The notes under the pieces were generated by a model. It was not told the DNA's origin. It did not search any database and saw nothing but the letters and a program-made list of their open reading frames with translations. From sequence record OR413585.1: a stretch of DNA of 64,000 nt. The stretch is one strand, 5' to 3'. Shown here piece after piece: positions 55,503-63,943 of the stretch. The position numbers were made by a program, and so were the translations under genes. Position 1 is the stretch's first letter, and each line of letters begins with the position of its first letter.

Positions 55503-55564
55503 CTGAGGTAGGGTTATTGTACGTCCCCAATAACCCGCTTCGGTAATAACAACTGGGGAAACCA

Positions 55565-56368
55565 ATGGAAAACTTGTCACTACGTTATAACTGCGTGGCA
55601 CTCGCTGGGGTCAATAAAGGGGCAACGCTAAAGAAAGATGCGGACGGATATTACTACGTCCTGTTAGGTGCACTGAATATTTTCAACTCTGAGAATATTT
55701 ACTACGCCTATAACGAGTCAAAACATGTCTTCGAGCGCTCTAACGTTTTCATGCGTAAAGTTTTGGCGGGGAATCTCTTCGGTGAAGAAGACCATCCGCA
55801 ATACGAACAAGGCATGAGCGAAGCCCAGTGGATCGAACGTAACGAATGGATCGAAACGCGTAACGTGTGTATGCACATTCGCGAAGTAGAAGTGAAGCCG
55901 ACCGACCAGATGTGTAACGGTCTGCCGGTGATGGAAATCTGGGGTTGGATTAAACCTAACCGTGAACGTGGTCCGCTTCTGGCGGAAGCACTAGAGAACC
56001 CACATCAGAACGTGTGTTTCTCGCTGCGTGCTATCGTTCGTGAAGGTCGTCTGGGTACGACTATCGTGCGCCGCATCGATAAACTGGTCACCTTTGACTG
56101 GGTTATTGAAGATGGCCTGCAAATCTGTAACAAATACTCTGCGATTCAACGCGGTAGTAAAGTGGCACAGGAATCTACTCGCACTTACGTCGACCGCCCT
56201 ATCAGTCGTCAAGTGTTGGAAGACATTCTGTACAATCCGACAACGACCAGCGCTGTTGCCACTGAGTCCCGTCGTGGTGCTCTCCAGCAACTCGCGCAGG
56301 AATACCTGCAGCTGGCTCCGAAAGTGTCCAATCTGCGGGTAATGGGCATGGGTGTAAGGAGCTGGTAA
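55565..56368 (+). CDS. prohead protease (phiKZ gp175-like)
   Basis: GEEDHP (His), CFSLRA (Ser), TFDWV (Asp); C-terminal AQE/ATE/AQE motifs fit A-x-E self-cleavage. Confidence 0.85.
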   Translation: MENLSLRYNCVALAGVNKGATLKKDADGYYYVLLGALNIFNSENIYYAYNESKHVFERSNVFMRKVLAGNLFGEEDHPQYEQGMSEAQWIERNEWIETRNVCMHIREVEVKPTDQMCNGLPVMEIWGWIKPNRERGPLLAEALENPHQNVCFSLRAIVREGRLGTTIVRRIDKLVTFDWVIEDGLQICNKYSAIQRGSKVAQESTRTYVDRPISRQVLEDILYNPTTTSAVATESRRGALQQLAQEYLQLAPKVSNLRVMGMGVRSW

Positions 56369-56371
56369 AAA

Positions 56372-57001
56372 ATGGCAGAACATGTCGACCCGTCATTAGA
56401 GCGGTGGTGTGAACGCCAGATGCCGCACGTCGCCAAAAAGTTGACGTTACGTAAACTGACTGAACAGCCGCTGCATTTAAGCAAGTGTAAGATACCGACG
56501 TTTTCGCCGCGTATCCCACTTTCGTGCGCGCCAGATGAAGACAAGACCGTGCCCAGGATTTGCTGCTCGGTAGATTTAGAGCGAGCGATTAAGGGTGCAC
56601 GTCACAACTTCTCTGCAATCGAAATACCCACACGATTGTATCTTTACGGTTTTGATGAACGTGATGTAGCGCAGCCTTCGGTCAACCTGACGCAGGAACC
56701 GAATCGGGCGGGTGAAGTATGGATTGTACCACACCGCATGTCGAACTGGGATATCAAACCGATTTACCTGGGCGAGATGCGGTTGTCAGAACTTCGCAAC
56801 GGTGGCCATGTTTTTGTCTATCACTTAAGTTTCGGACAAGATGTGCGCCTGTCTACCAGTCAACTGTTGAAAGCCGGCGAATTTTATCGACTGATTATCA
56901 GCGTCAACTGGGAGCGCGGTGAAGTTAAGGTCTCAGAGGCGGTCGCCACTGCGCGTACTGCTTTTGATAACGCACTGAACGAATACGTCGTTTCACCGTA
57001 G
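56372..57001 (+). CDS. putative virion protein, possible ADP-ribosyltransferase-like fold
   Basis: PLHLS, FSPRIP, EDKTVPRICCS, AGEVWIV. Confidence 0.55.
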   Translation: MAEHVDPSLERWCERQMPHVAKKLTLRKLTEQPLHLSKCKIPTFSPRIPLSCAPDEDKTVPRICCSVDLERAIKGARHNFSAIEIPTRLYLYGFDERDVAQPSVNLTQEPNRAGEVWIVPHRMSNWDIKPIYLGEMRLSELRNGGHVFVYHLSFGQDVRLSTSQLLKAGEFYRLIISVNWERGEVKVSEAVATARTAFDNALNEYVVSP

Positions 57002-57056
57002 TGCCTAGTTCGTGGTCTGCAAATCACAACTAAAAACCACTACAGTAGGGGGACGC

Positions 57057-57356
57057 ATGAAGGTCGTTAACATCGCAATACCTCCGACCCTTCGTTGTTT
57101 GACGCCGGAAGAACTGAAAGCGTTAGCGATCTACGCCATCCAAGGAAAGGCTGGTAAGGAAGTGCTTGCCGAAATCTTATCGGAACGATTTGATACAAAA
57201 CGCAAGGTTAATAACATTATCTCCGGAATCGCGTCGCTAGATATCATGGCGCTCTATTGCGACATTAAAGAGGCCGGAGTGACAATCGACTATCGCCGTA
57301 CTTACTTTCTACTCACTGAGCCGTATCGTTCGAATATGGCAATAAAGCAGATGTAA
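57057..57356 (+). CDS. hypothetical protein
   Basis: ATG 57057 with SD AGGGGGA. Confidence 0.6.
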   Translation: MKVVNIAIPPTLRCLTPEELKALAIYAIQGKAGKEVLAEILSERFDTKRKVNNIISGIASLDIMALYCDIKEAGVTIDYRRTYFLLTEPYRSNMAIKQM

Positions 57357-57364
57357 TTTTTTAC

Positions 57365-57958
57365 ATGACGTTGGTTTCATGTGTTGGGGAACAAAATAAG
57401 GACAAGAAAATGTTTTATCTGGATAGCGATGGCGTTTTTGCACGCTGGCGTAAATACGTTTTATCCACACATTTTCCCGGAATGACGATTAAAGAGTTTA
57501 ACGCATTACCTGAACTCCGTCGTCGTAGTTTGGTTCGTTCGATGTATCAGAACGATCCTGACTTGTTTTACAAACTCGAACCAATTGAGGGTGTAGAGCG
57601 AATCCTGGAAACGGTAGATAGACTTTGCGACAGTTGGGCAATACTCACCTCTGGGTCAGAAGATCACTACGACCACCAATTGGTTGTGGATTCAAAACAA
57701 CGGTGGTTCATGAAGCACTTTGGGGTACCAGCTGACAAAGTCATCGTCACCGAAAGTTCAGGGCAGAAGAAAGCTTACGCCTCGCGAGGTAATTTGCTTG
57801 TCGACGATTATGGTCGTAACTGTCGAGAATGGATTTTGCAAGGTGGCGCGGCGATATGGTCGCGAACTGAAGAACCGAACATTGATGGCATTTGCCTCCA
57901 GTGTGAAGCGTTCTACAATGACCCGATTACTTACTCGGGGACACTACTGCAAGTCTAA
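57365..57958 (+). CDS. HAD-family 5'(3')-deoxyribonucleotidase-like phosphatase
   Basis: YLDSDGVF (motif I), ILTS (II), KK (III), LLVDDY (IV). Confidence 0.8.
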   Translation: MTLVSCVGEQNKDKKMFYLDSDGVFARWRKYVLSTHFPGMTIKEFNALPELRRRSLVRSMYQNDPDLFYKLEPIEGVERILETVDRLCDSWAILTSGSEDHYDHQLVVDSKQRWFMKHFGVPADKVIVTESSGQKKAYASRGNLLVDDYGRNCREWILQGGAAIWSRTEEPNIDGICLQCEAFYNDPITYSGTLLQV

Positions 57959-57966
57959 GCTCCACT

Positions 57967-58003
57967 AGGCTCATCCTATCTTCGGATACGGGTGAGCCTT
58001 TTT
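57967..58003 (+). terminator. intrinsic terminator
   Basis: AGGCTCATCC-TATC-TTCG-GATA-C-GGGTGAGCCT plus TTTT. Confidence 0.75.
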
Positions 58004-58020
58004 ATTTTATTAATTGCATT

Positions 58021-58054
58021 CAAAAAGAACTGAGATATATATTACTTAGGTGAG
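58021..58054 (+). promoter_or_regulatory. phage early-type promoter
   Basis: CAAAAAGAACTGAGATATATATTACTTAGGTGAG with TATATTAC, immediately after a terminator. Confidence 0.75.
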
Positions 58055-58104
58055 CGTTACACGTTAACGCTTTAATCGACTATTACCCAGAAGGAGTATT
58101 TACA

Positions 58105-58503
58105 ATGACTAACCAACTACGCCAAGACCCGTTTGTTGCCATGATGCTTTGTGCTAAAGCCGAGAGCAACGAAGCCGATTTAATTCGTCTGTTGACTGAT
58201 GACGAATACCTTATCTCCGAGCGCGATAAACGTTTAAAAGAACTCTACAAGCCAGAAACCGGTGAATCGCTCGGTAATCAAAACGCCTGGAAATTTCTTA
58301 TTCTCGTAGCTGATGAAAAATGGCGAGCAGAAAATCCCATCGTCTGCGATATTACAGACTTACCGTACAAATACGGCGGACTCATCACTAGCGACCTGCA
58401 TCTTAAAGCGTTCTTTACTGGTGAAGCAATTCAAGAACTGCAAGATGTTCTTGTTACAGCAACAAACACTTTGAGACGTTTGCGCGCTGAGCAGCTAATC
58501 TGA
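58105..58503 (+). CDS. hypothetical early protein, paralog pair B
   Basis: SD AAGGAG; DPF....LC..KRLKE N-terminus shared with the next ORF. Confidence 0.75.
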   Translation: MTNQLRQDPFVAMMLCAKAESNEADLIRLLTDDEYLISERDKRLKELYKPETGESLGNQNAWKFLILVADEKWRAENPIVCDITDLPYKYGGLITSDLHLKAFFTGEAIQELQDVLVTATNTLRRLRAEQLI

Positions 58504-58557
58504 TCTCTCAAAAATCACGAATCGTACAAATCCTTTGACTGTGTAGGAAGGAATAAA

Positions 58558-58947
58558 ATGAAAATCGCAGAGGGGTTAGTAGATGCGTGCAGAGACCCAT
58601 TCACGCTATGGGTTCTTTGTGGCTTGCGCCGAGACGATCGTTTCGGTGAGTTTGTTCGAAATCCAGATGCTTTACTAAGCTTCGTAGAAAGCGAGGAGAA
58701 GCGTTTAGAGGAGATTAAAGAGGAAAGTAGTACCCTTACACCAGATATGGTGGTTTATAGCCGTATGACGTCACACAGGTGGCGTACGACCCATCGGCTG
58801 AAGGGAACCACAATGAAGGAATTGATTGAAGGGTTATCAAAGGCGCTTTCGTCTGATAACATTATCTGGCCGGTGGTGTATACCAACGAAGACCATTCTG
58901 ATAACGTGAAGGTTACACTGACACGTTGTTATCACACATTCTCGTAG
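58558..58947 (+). CDS. hypothetical early protein, paralog pair B
   Basis: SD AAGGA; DPF....LC..KRLEE. Confidence 0.75.
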   Translation: MKIAEGLVDACRDPFTLWVLCGLRRDDRFGEFVRNPDALLSFVESEEKRLEEIKEESSTLTPDMVVYSRMTSHRWRTTHRLKGTTMKELIEGLSKALSSDNIIWPVVYTNEDHSDNVKVTLTRCYHTFS

Positions 58948-58981
58948 TAGTTAATCGACCATTATCGTAAGGAATATTTAC

Positions 58982-59653
58982 ATGCAGGGCACTGAACTCA
59001 ACAAACTTTGGGAAAAACTGGTTCGTCAATTCCGCGACTTCTATCGTTATACCGATAGTGCGCATCGCATGGATCACATCAACTCAGTTAAATCAAATGC
59101 GATTCGTATCGCGTATATGCTTGGGCAAACCGAACACCTGAAGCTGATACTGATTGCGGTGGCAGCTCACGATATCTTCTCTACCAAAGAAGACCGTGCG
59201 TCGCACCACATCAAAGGGTATAGCTGGATACTGGATAACAAGCCAGTGCTCAAACGTAAGTATAAACTTACCGATGATGAATGTTTGACGATTGCCCATG
59301 CAGTCTTAGAACACCGCAGTTCTCACAAAGGGAACTACAACGGGATTGTCTCTGAGATAGTTGCCGCAGCTGACCGTGGCATACCGTCTGTAGATGACGT
59401 GAGTAATTACATGCACCGTTCTTATCTGTTTGCCCGTGAACAGGGTAAAAGTAAAGGCGATGCAAAATTCCATGCCGTTGGTCACGTCCAACAGAAGTTC
59501 GGACGCAACGGTATTAGTAATGTCCCTAATTGGTACGGTACGCTCTTCGCAGAGCGCATTCTGGAACGCAGGGATTTCGTGGAGCAGCTAGATATTAGCT
59601 ATTTCACAGATACCATTATCGACGACCTCGAAGCTCGTCTTTCACACGATTAA
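58982..59653 (+). CDS. HD-domain metal-dependent phosphohydrolase
   Basis: HRMDH..AAHDI..LEHR..AAD. Confidence 0.85.
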   Translation: MQGTELNKLWEKLVRQFRDFYRYTDSAHRMDHINSVKSNAIRIAYMLGQTEHLKLILIAVAAHDIFSTKEDRASHHIKGYSWILDNKPVLKRKYKLTDDECLTIAHAVLEHRSSHKGNYNGIVSEIVAAADRGIPSVDDVSNYMHRSYLFAREQGKSKGDAKFHAVGHVQQKFGRNGISNVPNWYGTLFAERILERRDFVEQLDISYFTDTIIDDLEARLSHD

Positions 59654-59679
59654 TCACACTGACCTTAAGGAATATTAAG

Positions 59680-60168
59680 ATGGCTGAAGTAACTTCAATG
59701 AAAGCACTGCACAAACTGATCGCTGAACTGGACACGCCGGCAGCAACCCTGTCCGAAGACCTGGCGCTGAACGCCGACCCGCTGGTTAAGATTTACGAAG
59801 AAACACTCCCCGTAACACGCGTTGGGGATGTGGACTATCGTTTCACGCTGGAAGACGCGGACGCTCTGCGTCAGCACGACGCAAACTTCACTGAACTGTT
59901 CGGTGGCGTTGCCGGTGGTCTGATTGCTGACCGTGCAAAAGCGGATAGCGATATCGGTGCACTGGACTTAACGCTGGATATCGGTAACGCAGCATTCTCT
60001 ACCGTGTTCTCTCGCCCGGTTACTGAAAACCCAACTCAGAAAGAATGGGCAGCGTCCATCTCTTACGGTTTCGGTTCTCCGAAGTCTAAAGCGTTGGAAG
60101 GCAAGCTGCGTAAAGAGTTTGCCAAGTCCATGATGGCAACTGATGAAGAAGACGAAGACGACGAATAA
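59680..60168 (+). CDS. acidic protein with acidic C-terminal tail
   Basis: SD AAGGA; ends TDEEDEDDE; codons biased as for high expression. Confidence 0.8.
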   Translation: MAEVTSMKALHKLIAELDTPAATLSEDLALNADPLVKIYEETLPVTRVGDVDYRFTLEDADALRQHDANFTELFGGVAGGLIADRAKADSDIGALDLTLDIGNAAFSTVFSRPVTENPTQKEWAASISYGFGSPKSKALEGKLRKEFAKSMMATDEEDEDDE

Positions 60169-60371
60169 TGATTCCGTCCAGCCCAAAGGAACTCGCTGAG
60201 CTACTCGGGGCTAAAGTGGAATGCCATCCTAATGTGAATCCTGCTACTGGGTTACGTTGGGATGGCACCATTGCGTCACACGAGGAAATCGGTCTCACCG
60301 TCACCTTCCCTAAACCCATGCCGAAGCCGCTGCAGTTAGAAGGGCTTGCTTCGCTATACGGTCGGAAGTAG
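60168..60371 (+). CDS. small hypothetical protein
   Basis: TAATG overlap; followed by a terminator. Confidence 0.6.
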   Translation: MIPSSPKELAELLGAKVECHPNVNPATGLRWDGTIASHEEIGLTVTFPKPMPKPLQLEGLASLYGRK

Positions 60372-60380
60372 TAAACAATG

Positions 60381-60411
60381 GGGTGGTCTTATGACTGCCC
60401 TATTTTTTTTT
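60381..60411 (+). terminator. intrinsic terminator
   Basis: GGGTGGTC-TTAT-GACTGCCC (two G-U pairs) plus nine T. Confidence 0.7.
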
Positions 60412-60426
60412 GATTTTGGAGCTACA

Positions 60427-60969
60427 ATGAAGCAACTTAATACTCTCGGTCAGGATGATATCAAACCGATTCCATCTGATATGAAACGTGAAGACATTAT
60501 TCGCCACATCAATCAGATCGGTGACGTGTTTACGTTGTCCATGAAAGCTATACTGGAAGATGCTTTCGAAACCATTGCCGAATATCCGGTTGAAATCATC
60601 CCGCACACCATCAACGGCTACCAACGTTTCCTCGACACCATTACCAAAGGTAGTAGCGGGCGTATTATCGCGGGCTTTATCATCCGCTTTAAGTGCCTGT
60701 TGCAAGTAGAGCTGGGTGACGAGGTACTCCGTCGGCTGGAACACGAACTCATTAGCATGACCACCAACGACATTCTCGCGGCAGAATCAGGACAAGGTTA
60801 TAAAGACGGGATGTCTCTCTGGAAGATTGCCCACCCTGACTTGGGCGATGTTCAACCACCGTCTGAATTCGATGTGCTCGTAACCTATCTGTTACTGCTG
60901 CAAATTAAGAACCTATTAATTCGCGCTAATGCGCAGCGTGAAATTGATGCTAGCCAACCGAAAAAATAA
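60427..60969 (+). CDS. hypothetical protein
   Basis: ATG 60427 with SD GGAG, downstream of the terminator; track start 60346 unlikely. Confidence 0.7.
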   Translation: MKQLNTLGQDDIKPIPSDMKREDIIRHINQIGDVFTLSMKAILEDAFETIAEYPVEIIPHTINGYQRFLDTITKGSSGRIIAGFIIRFKCLLQVELGDEVLRRLEHELISMTTNDILAAESGQGYKDGMSLWKIAHPDLGDVQPPSEFDVLVTYLLLLQIKNLLIRANAQREIDASQPKK

Positions 60970-61015
60970 AACGTACCTCTCTCCAGACGGAGAGAGGTAA
61001 CGCTTGTTTTTTTTT
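60961..61015. terminator. bidirectional terminator
   Basis: TACCTCTCTCC-AGAC-GGAGAGAGGTA with A-run and T-run between convergent genes. Confidence 0.85.
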
Positions 61016-61018
61016 GTC

Positions 61019-61894
61019 TTAGCGCATCTGGTTGGCCATCTGCTCGTCGGAGACAGAGTTGTAGCCACCTGGGGTTGCGTTGACGTCCGGGTTGATACCA
61101 TCGGTCTGCTGAGACGGTGTGAGCCACAGTTTGCGTTCGTAAGGACGCAGACCGTACAGCTTCATACGGTCCAGCTCTTTCGCAGCGGCCTGCATCGGAC
61201 CCCAACCTGTCCATTGCTGGGAGGTAAAGGCGATTGACAGTTCGTTAATCTGCGGACCGGTGTTGGTTTCACGCTCACCGATATCCTGGCCGGCGGTTTC
61301 CGGAATCATGTTCGTTAACCACCACGCGTTCTGCGGTTTACGCTGATACGCATCTGGCTCGATGAACAGCACGGTCATGCTGTACATATCCGGCAGGTGG
61401 TCAGGAACGTTCGGGTTGATTGCGGCCAGGCCTGGGTGACCAGTCTGGGGATCACAAACACCGTAAACCAGCCACGCCCACAGCATGTTTTGGTACACCT
61501 TCCCGAGTTTATCCGGGGTGGTGAAGGTAACAGAGGACAGTGCTTCCGTTACCAGACCAGCTTCATACTGGGTACGGTTGTTACGACCCTGCTGAGTTTC
61601 AACAGCCGCATGGCTCAGGGTTTTATCCAGGCCAGTAATCTCGGAGTGAACCTCGATAAAGGACTTGATAGCCTGACGCCACATCTGCGGGTTCGGCATG
61701 TAGTCCACCCAACGAGGGAATTCCATGACGCGCGCAATGACGTTACGACGCAGACGAGAGGCGTTAGTAACGAACTTGCCAACCTGTCCAACCGGGCCGT
61801 TTTGGCCCGAGGAGAACGCGTTGACCATATCGTACTGGCCGCCGTCGACGTGCAGACCCTGATCAGGCAAAATGAGACGATCTTTGATTGCCAT
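61019..61894 (-). CDS. tail tube protein (phiKZ gp30-like)
   Basis: 291 aa, directly downstream of the sheath; highly expressed codon bias. Confidence 0.8.
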   Translation of the reverse strand: MAIKDRLILPDQGLHVDGGQYDMVNAFSSGQNGPVGQVGKFVTNASRLRRNVIARVMEFPRWVDYMPNPQMWRQAIKSFIEVHSEITGLDKTLSHAAVETQQGRNNRTQYEAGLVTEALSSVTFTTPDKLGKVYQNMLWAWLVYGVCDPQTGHPGLAAINPNVPDHLPDMYSMTVLFIEPDAYQRKPQNAWWLTNMIPETAGQDIGERETNTGPQINELSIAFTSQQWTGWGPMQAAAKELDRMKLYGLRPYERKLWLTPSQQTDGINPDVNATPGGYNSVSDEQMANQMR

Positions 61895-61897
61895 CTA

Positions 61898-63943
61898 TTA
61901 GCTCTCCCGACGGTAAACTTTGATAGTGGTGTTGAACTGGGTGAGCAGCACACCGCCTTCAGCGATCAGGTCCAGCGTCACAGAGTAACCATTGGATTTA
62001 TCGTCTGCAGTGAAGTACGCCTTCGGAGTGACGACAGCAACGTTATCGAGACGACCTTCCAGACGTTCGATAATTTTGTTCTCAATCATCTTCGCACGTT
62101 CATCATCCGTCATGGCCGCTTCGCCGGACATGTCCGCCCATACACGGTCGGAAACACGATAGACGTAGGTCATCATGAAGTTGAACAGGGCGTTGTTCAG
62201 TACAGAACGATCTTCGCTGTAGATTGACTGAATCGCCGGAATGAACAAGCGATAGTAGTCGTAGGAACGGGCAGTGATCAGCGACACATCCCAGTCAGAC
62301 GCATACACTTCGTTGCCTTTCCACGGCATACTCAGGTCAGTCAGATCTTCGATAATCGTCAGTTCGCCACGACTGAAACGATAAGCCGGTTTTGCACGAC
62401 CGTCGCCTGCACCCAGGTACTTCGAGAAGAAGTTCGCCAGGGAGTAGTTCATCGGAACGGGCTTCTTGTAGGAAGAGTTCTTGATGAACGCCGATTGGCC
62501 GGTGACCATACCACGTGCAGCCGGAGTGCCGTAATAGGCAGATTCCGGTACCGCTGTGATCAATTCGATCAGGGCGATTTTTGCACTTTCTTCTGTCTGC
62601 TCATCGTTACGACCTTGGTTGTAAACGTGAGTTGCCAGCGTCAAGAAGGTGTTACGTGAACGACCGATGAAGTTCACGAGCGCAGCTTTAGTATCGAAGC
62701 TAAAGCCGGAGTCCCAGAAACAACCCAGCGAGTATTTCAGCTCGTTGTCGTAACGGACTTTACCGCCATCCGGGAACAGCAACATTTCACGGCGAACGAG
62801 TTCGTCGTAAACATCGTTGTTCATGGTGCCATCGCTACCACCTTGCAGGTAGTGGATGTTGGATGCGGAGAACACAACTTTACCGGTTTCAGTAGCCGGG
62901 TTTACCTGAAGACCATCGTAAGGCTGGCCCAGTAAATCGTAGCCGCCAAAGATGTCAACCATATACGGGTCAGTAGGCGCTTCAGTCGTGATAGCGGCCT
63001 GAGCCAATCCCAGTACAGTTTCCAGGTTCTCGCGATACAGATAGAACTGCTCGAAAGGACCATAATCTGGCAGCTCGCCAATGTCAGGCATCGTCTGACG
63101 ATATGCGTCCGCAACAACAACTTCGAAGTCGAGTTGCGTTCTCATCGGCTGATAGTATGCATCGGGCTTAAAGCTAAAATTGATGCTACTCATGCCAGTG
63201 AGAGTTTTCCACACTACCGGAGAAGTCACACCTGCCAGGGTTTCGAACCATTGCAGGGTGTAGACACGACCACCGACTTCATTTTGATAGGAGGAGGTCA
63301 GAGCCGGGCTGGATTTCTCGCTGAGTGGGATCAGTTTGAAACCGAAACCGTTGACGTCAGCACCCGCATACGGGCCTGCGATATCGAACAACGGATACAG
63401 CTTCGATTTCGTGCCGCCTTCGCCAGTCATCGTCCCCTCGATAACCACACCTGCGCCGATGGCCGGGGTAGTTTCGTCGATTACGACAGAACGGAAGACG
63501 ATTACCAAACCGTCAACTTGTTCTTTGATCTTGGGCTTGCCCGAGTTGTCGTACTGAACGATCCCGTTGCTGTCGCGTTCGTAGGACGGAACTTTCGTTT
63601 CGAGTACGTCGGCGAATACGCGAACACTTGCGGTTTTCGCATCTTCAGGGATCAAGCGCTGATACATACACTCGTTTGCGTTAGCGTTGAACATCGCCTG
63701 ATAGGGCGTGTTGAACGTCGCGTAGGGGCCTCGCAAGTCAAAGACATTGCGACCAAGCAGAGACAGTGCATTATCCCCGGTTAACGGGAACGCCTCGTTG
63801 TCTACCCCGCGCGCGGCAAAGGTGAAGATCAGCGGCTTATGAATTGCGTCACCCGTAGGGGTACGCACAAGCTCGGGGACAGAGTTATCCTGCCAACCTT
63901 GCTTGTTATTCAACGGCGCGCCGTTTCGTGGAATAAAAGTCAT
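61898..63943 (-). CDS. contractile tail sheath protein (phiKZ gp29-like)
   Basis: 681 aa; YLQGGSDG, FWDSGFS, C-terminal sheath-type domain; sheath-tube order. Confidence 0.85.
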   Translation of the reverse strand: MTFIPRNGAPLNNKQGWQDNSVPELVRTPTGDAIHKPLIFTFAARGVDNEAFPLTGDNALSLLGRNVFDLRGPYATFNTPYQAMFNANANECMYQRLIPEDAKTASVRVFADVLETKVPSYERDSNGIVQYDNSGKPKIKEQVDGLVIVFRSVVIDETTPAIGAGVVIEGTMTGEGGTKSKLYPLFDIAGPYAGADVNGFGFKLIPLSEKSSPALTSSYQNEVGGRVYTLQWFETLAGVTSPVVWKTLTGMSSINFSFKPDAYYQPMRTQLDFEVVVADAYRQTMPDIGELPDYGPFEQFYLYRENLETVLGLAQAAITTEAPTDPYMVDIFGGYDLLGQPYDGLQVNPATETGKVVFSASNIHYLQGGSDGTMNNDVYDELVRREMLLFPDGGKVRYDNELKYSLGCFWDSGFSFDTKAALVNFIGRSRNTFLTLATHVYNQGRNDEQTEESAKIALIELITAVPESAYYGTPAARGMVTGQSAFIKNSSYKKPVPMNYSLANFFSKYLGAGDGRAKPAYRFSRGELTIIEDLTDLSMPWKGNEVYASDWDVSLITARSYDYYRLFIPAIQSIYSEDRSVLNNALFNFMMTYVYRVSDRVWADMSGEAAMTDDERAKMIENKIIERLEGRLDNVAVVTPKAYFTADDKSNGYSVTLDLIAEGGVLLTQFNTTIKVYRRES

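Noticed and set aside
48899-56544. Minus-strand ORFs of 90-195 aa opposite vRNAP and head genes
   Set aside because: Fully embedded antisense to conserved genes; shadow ORFs
61397-63784. Long plus-strand ORFs (61397..62227, 63134..63784) opposite the tube and sheath genes
   Set aside because: Antisense shadows expected from strong codon bias; no SD or recognisable motifs
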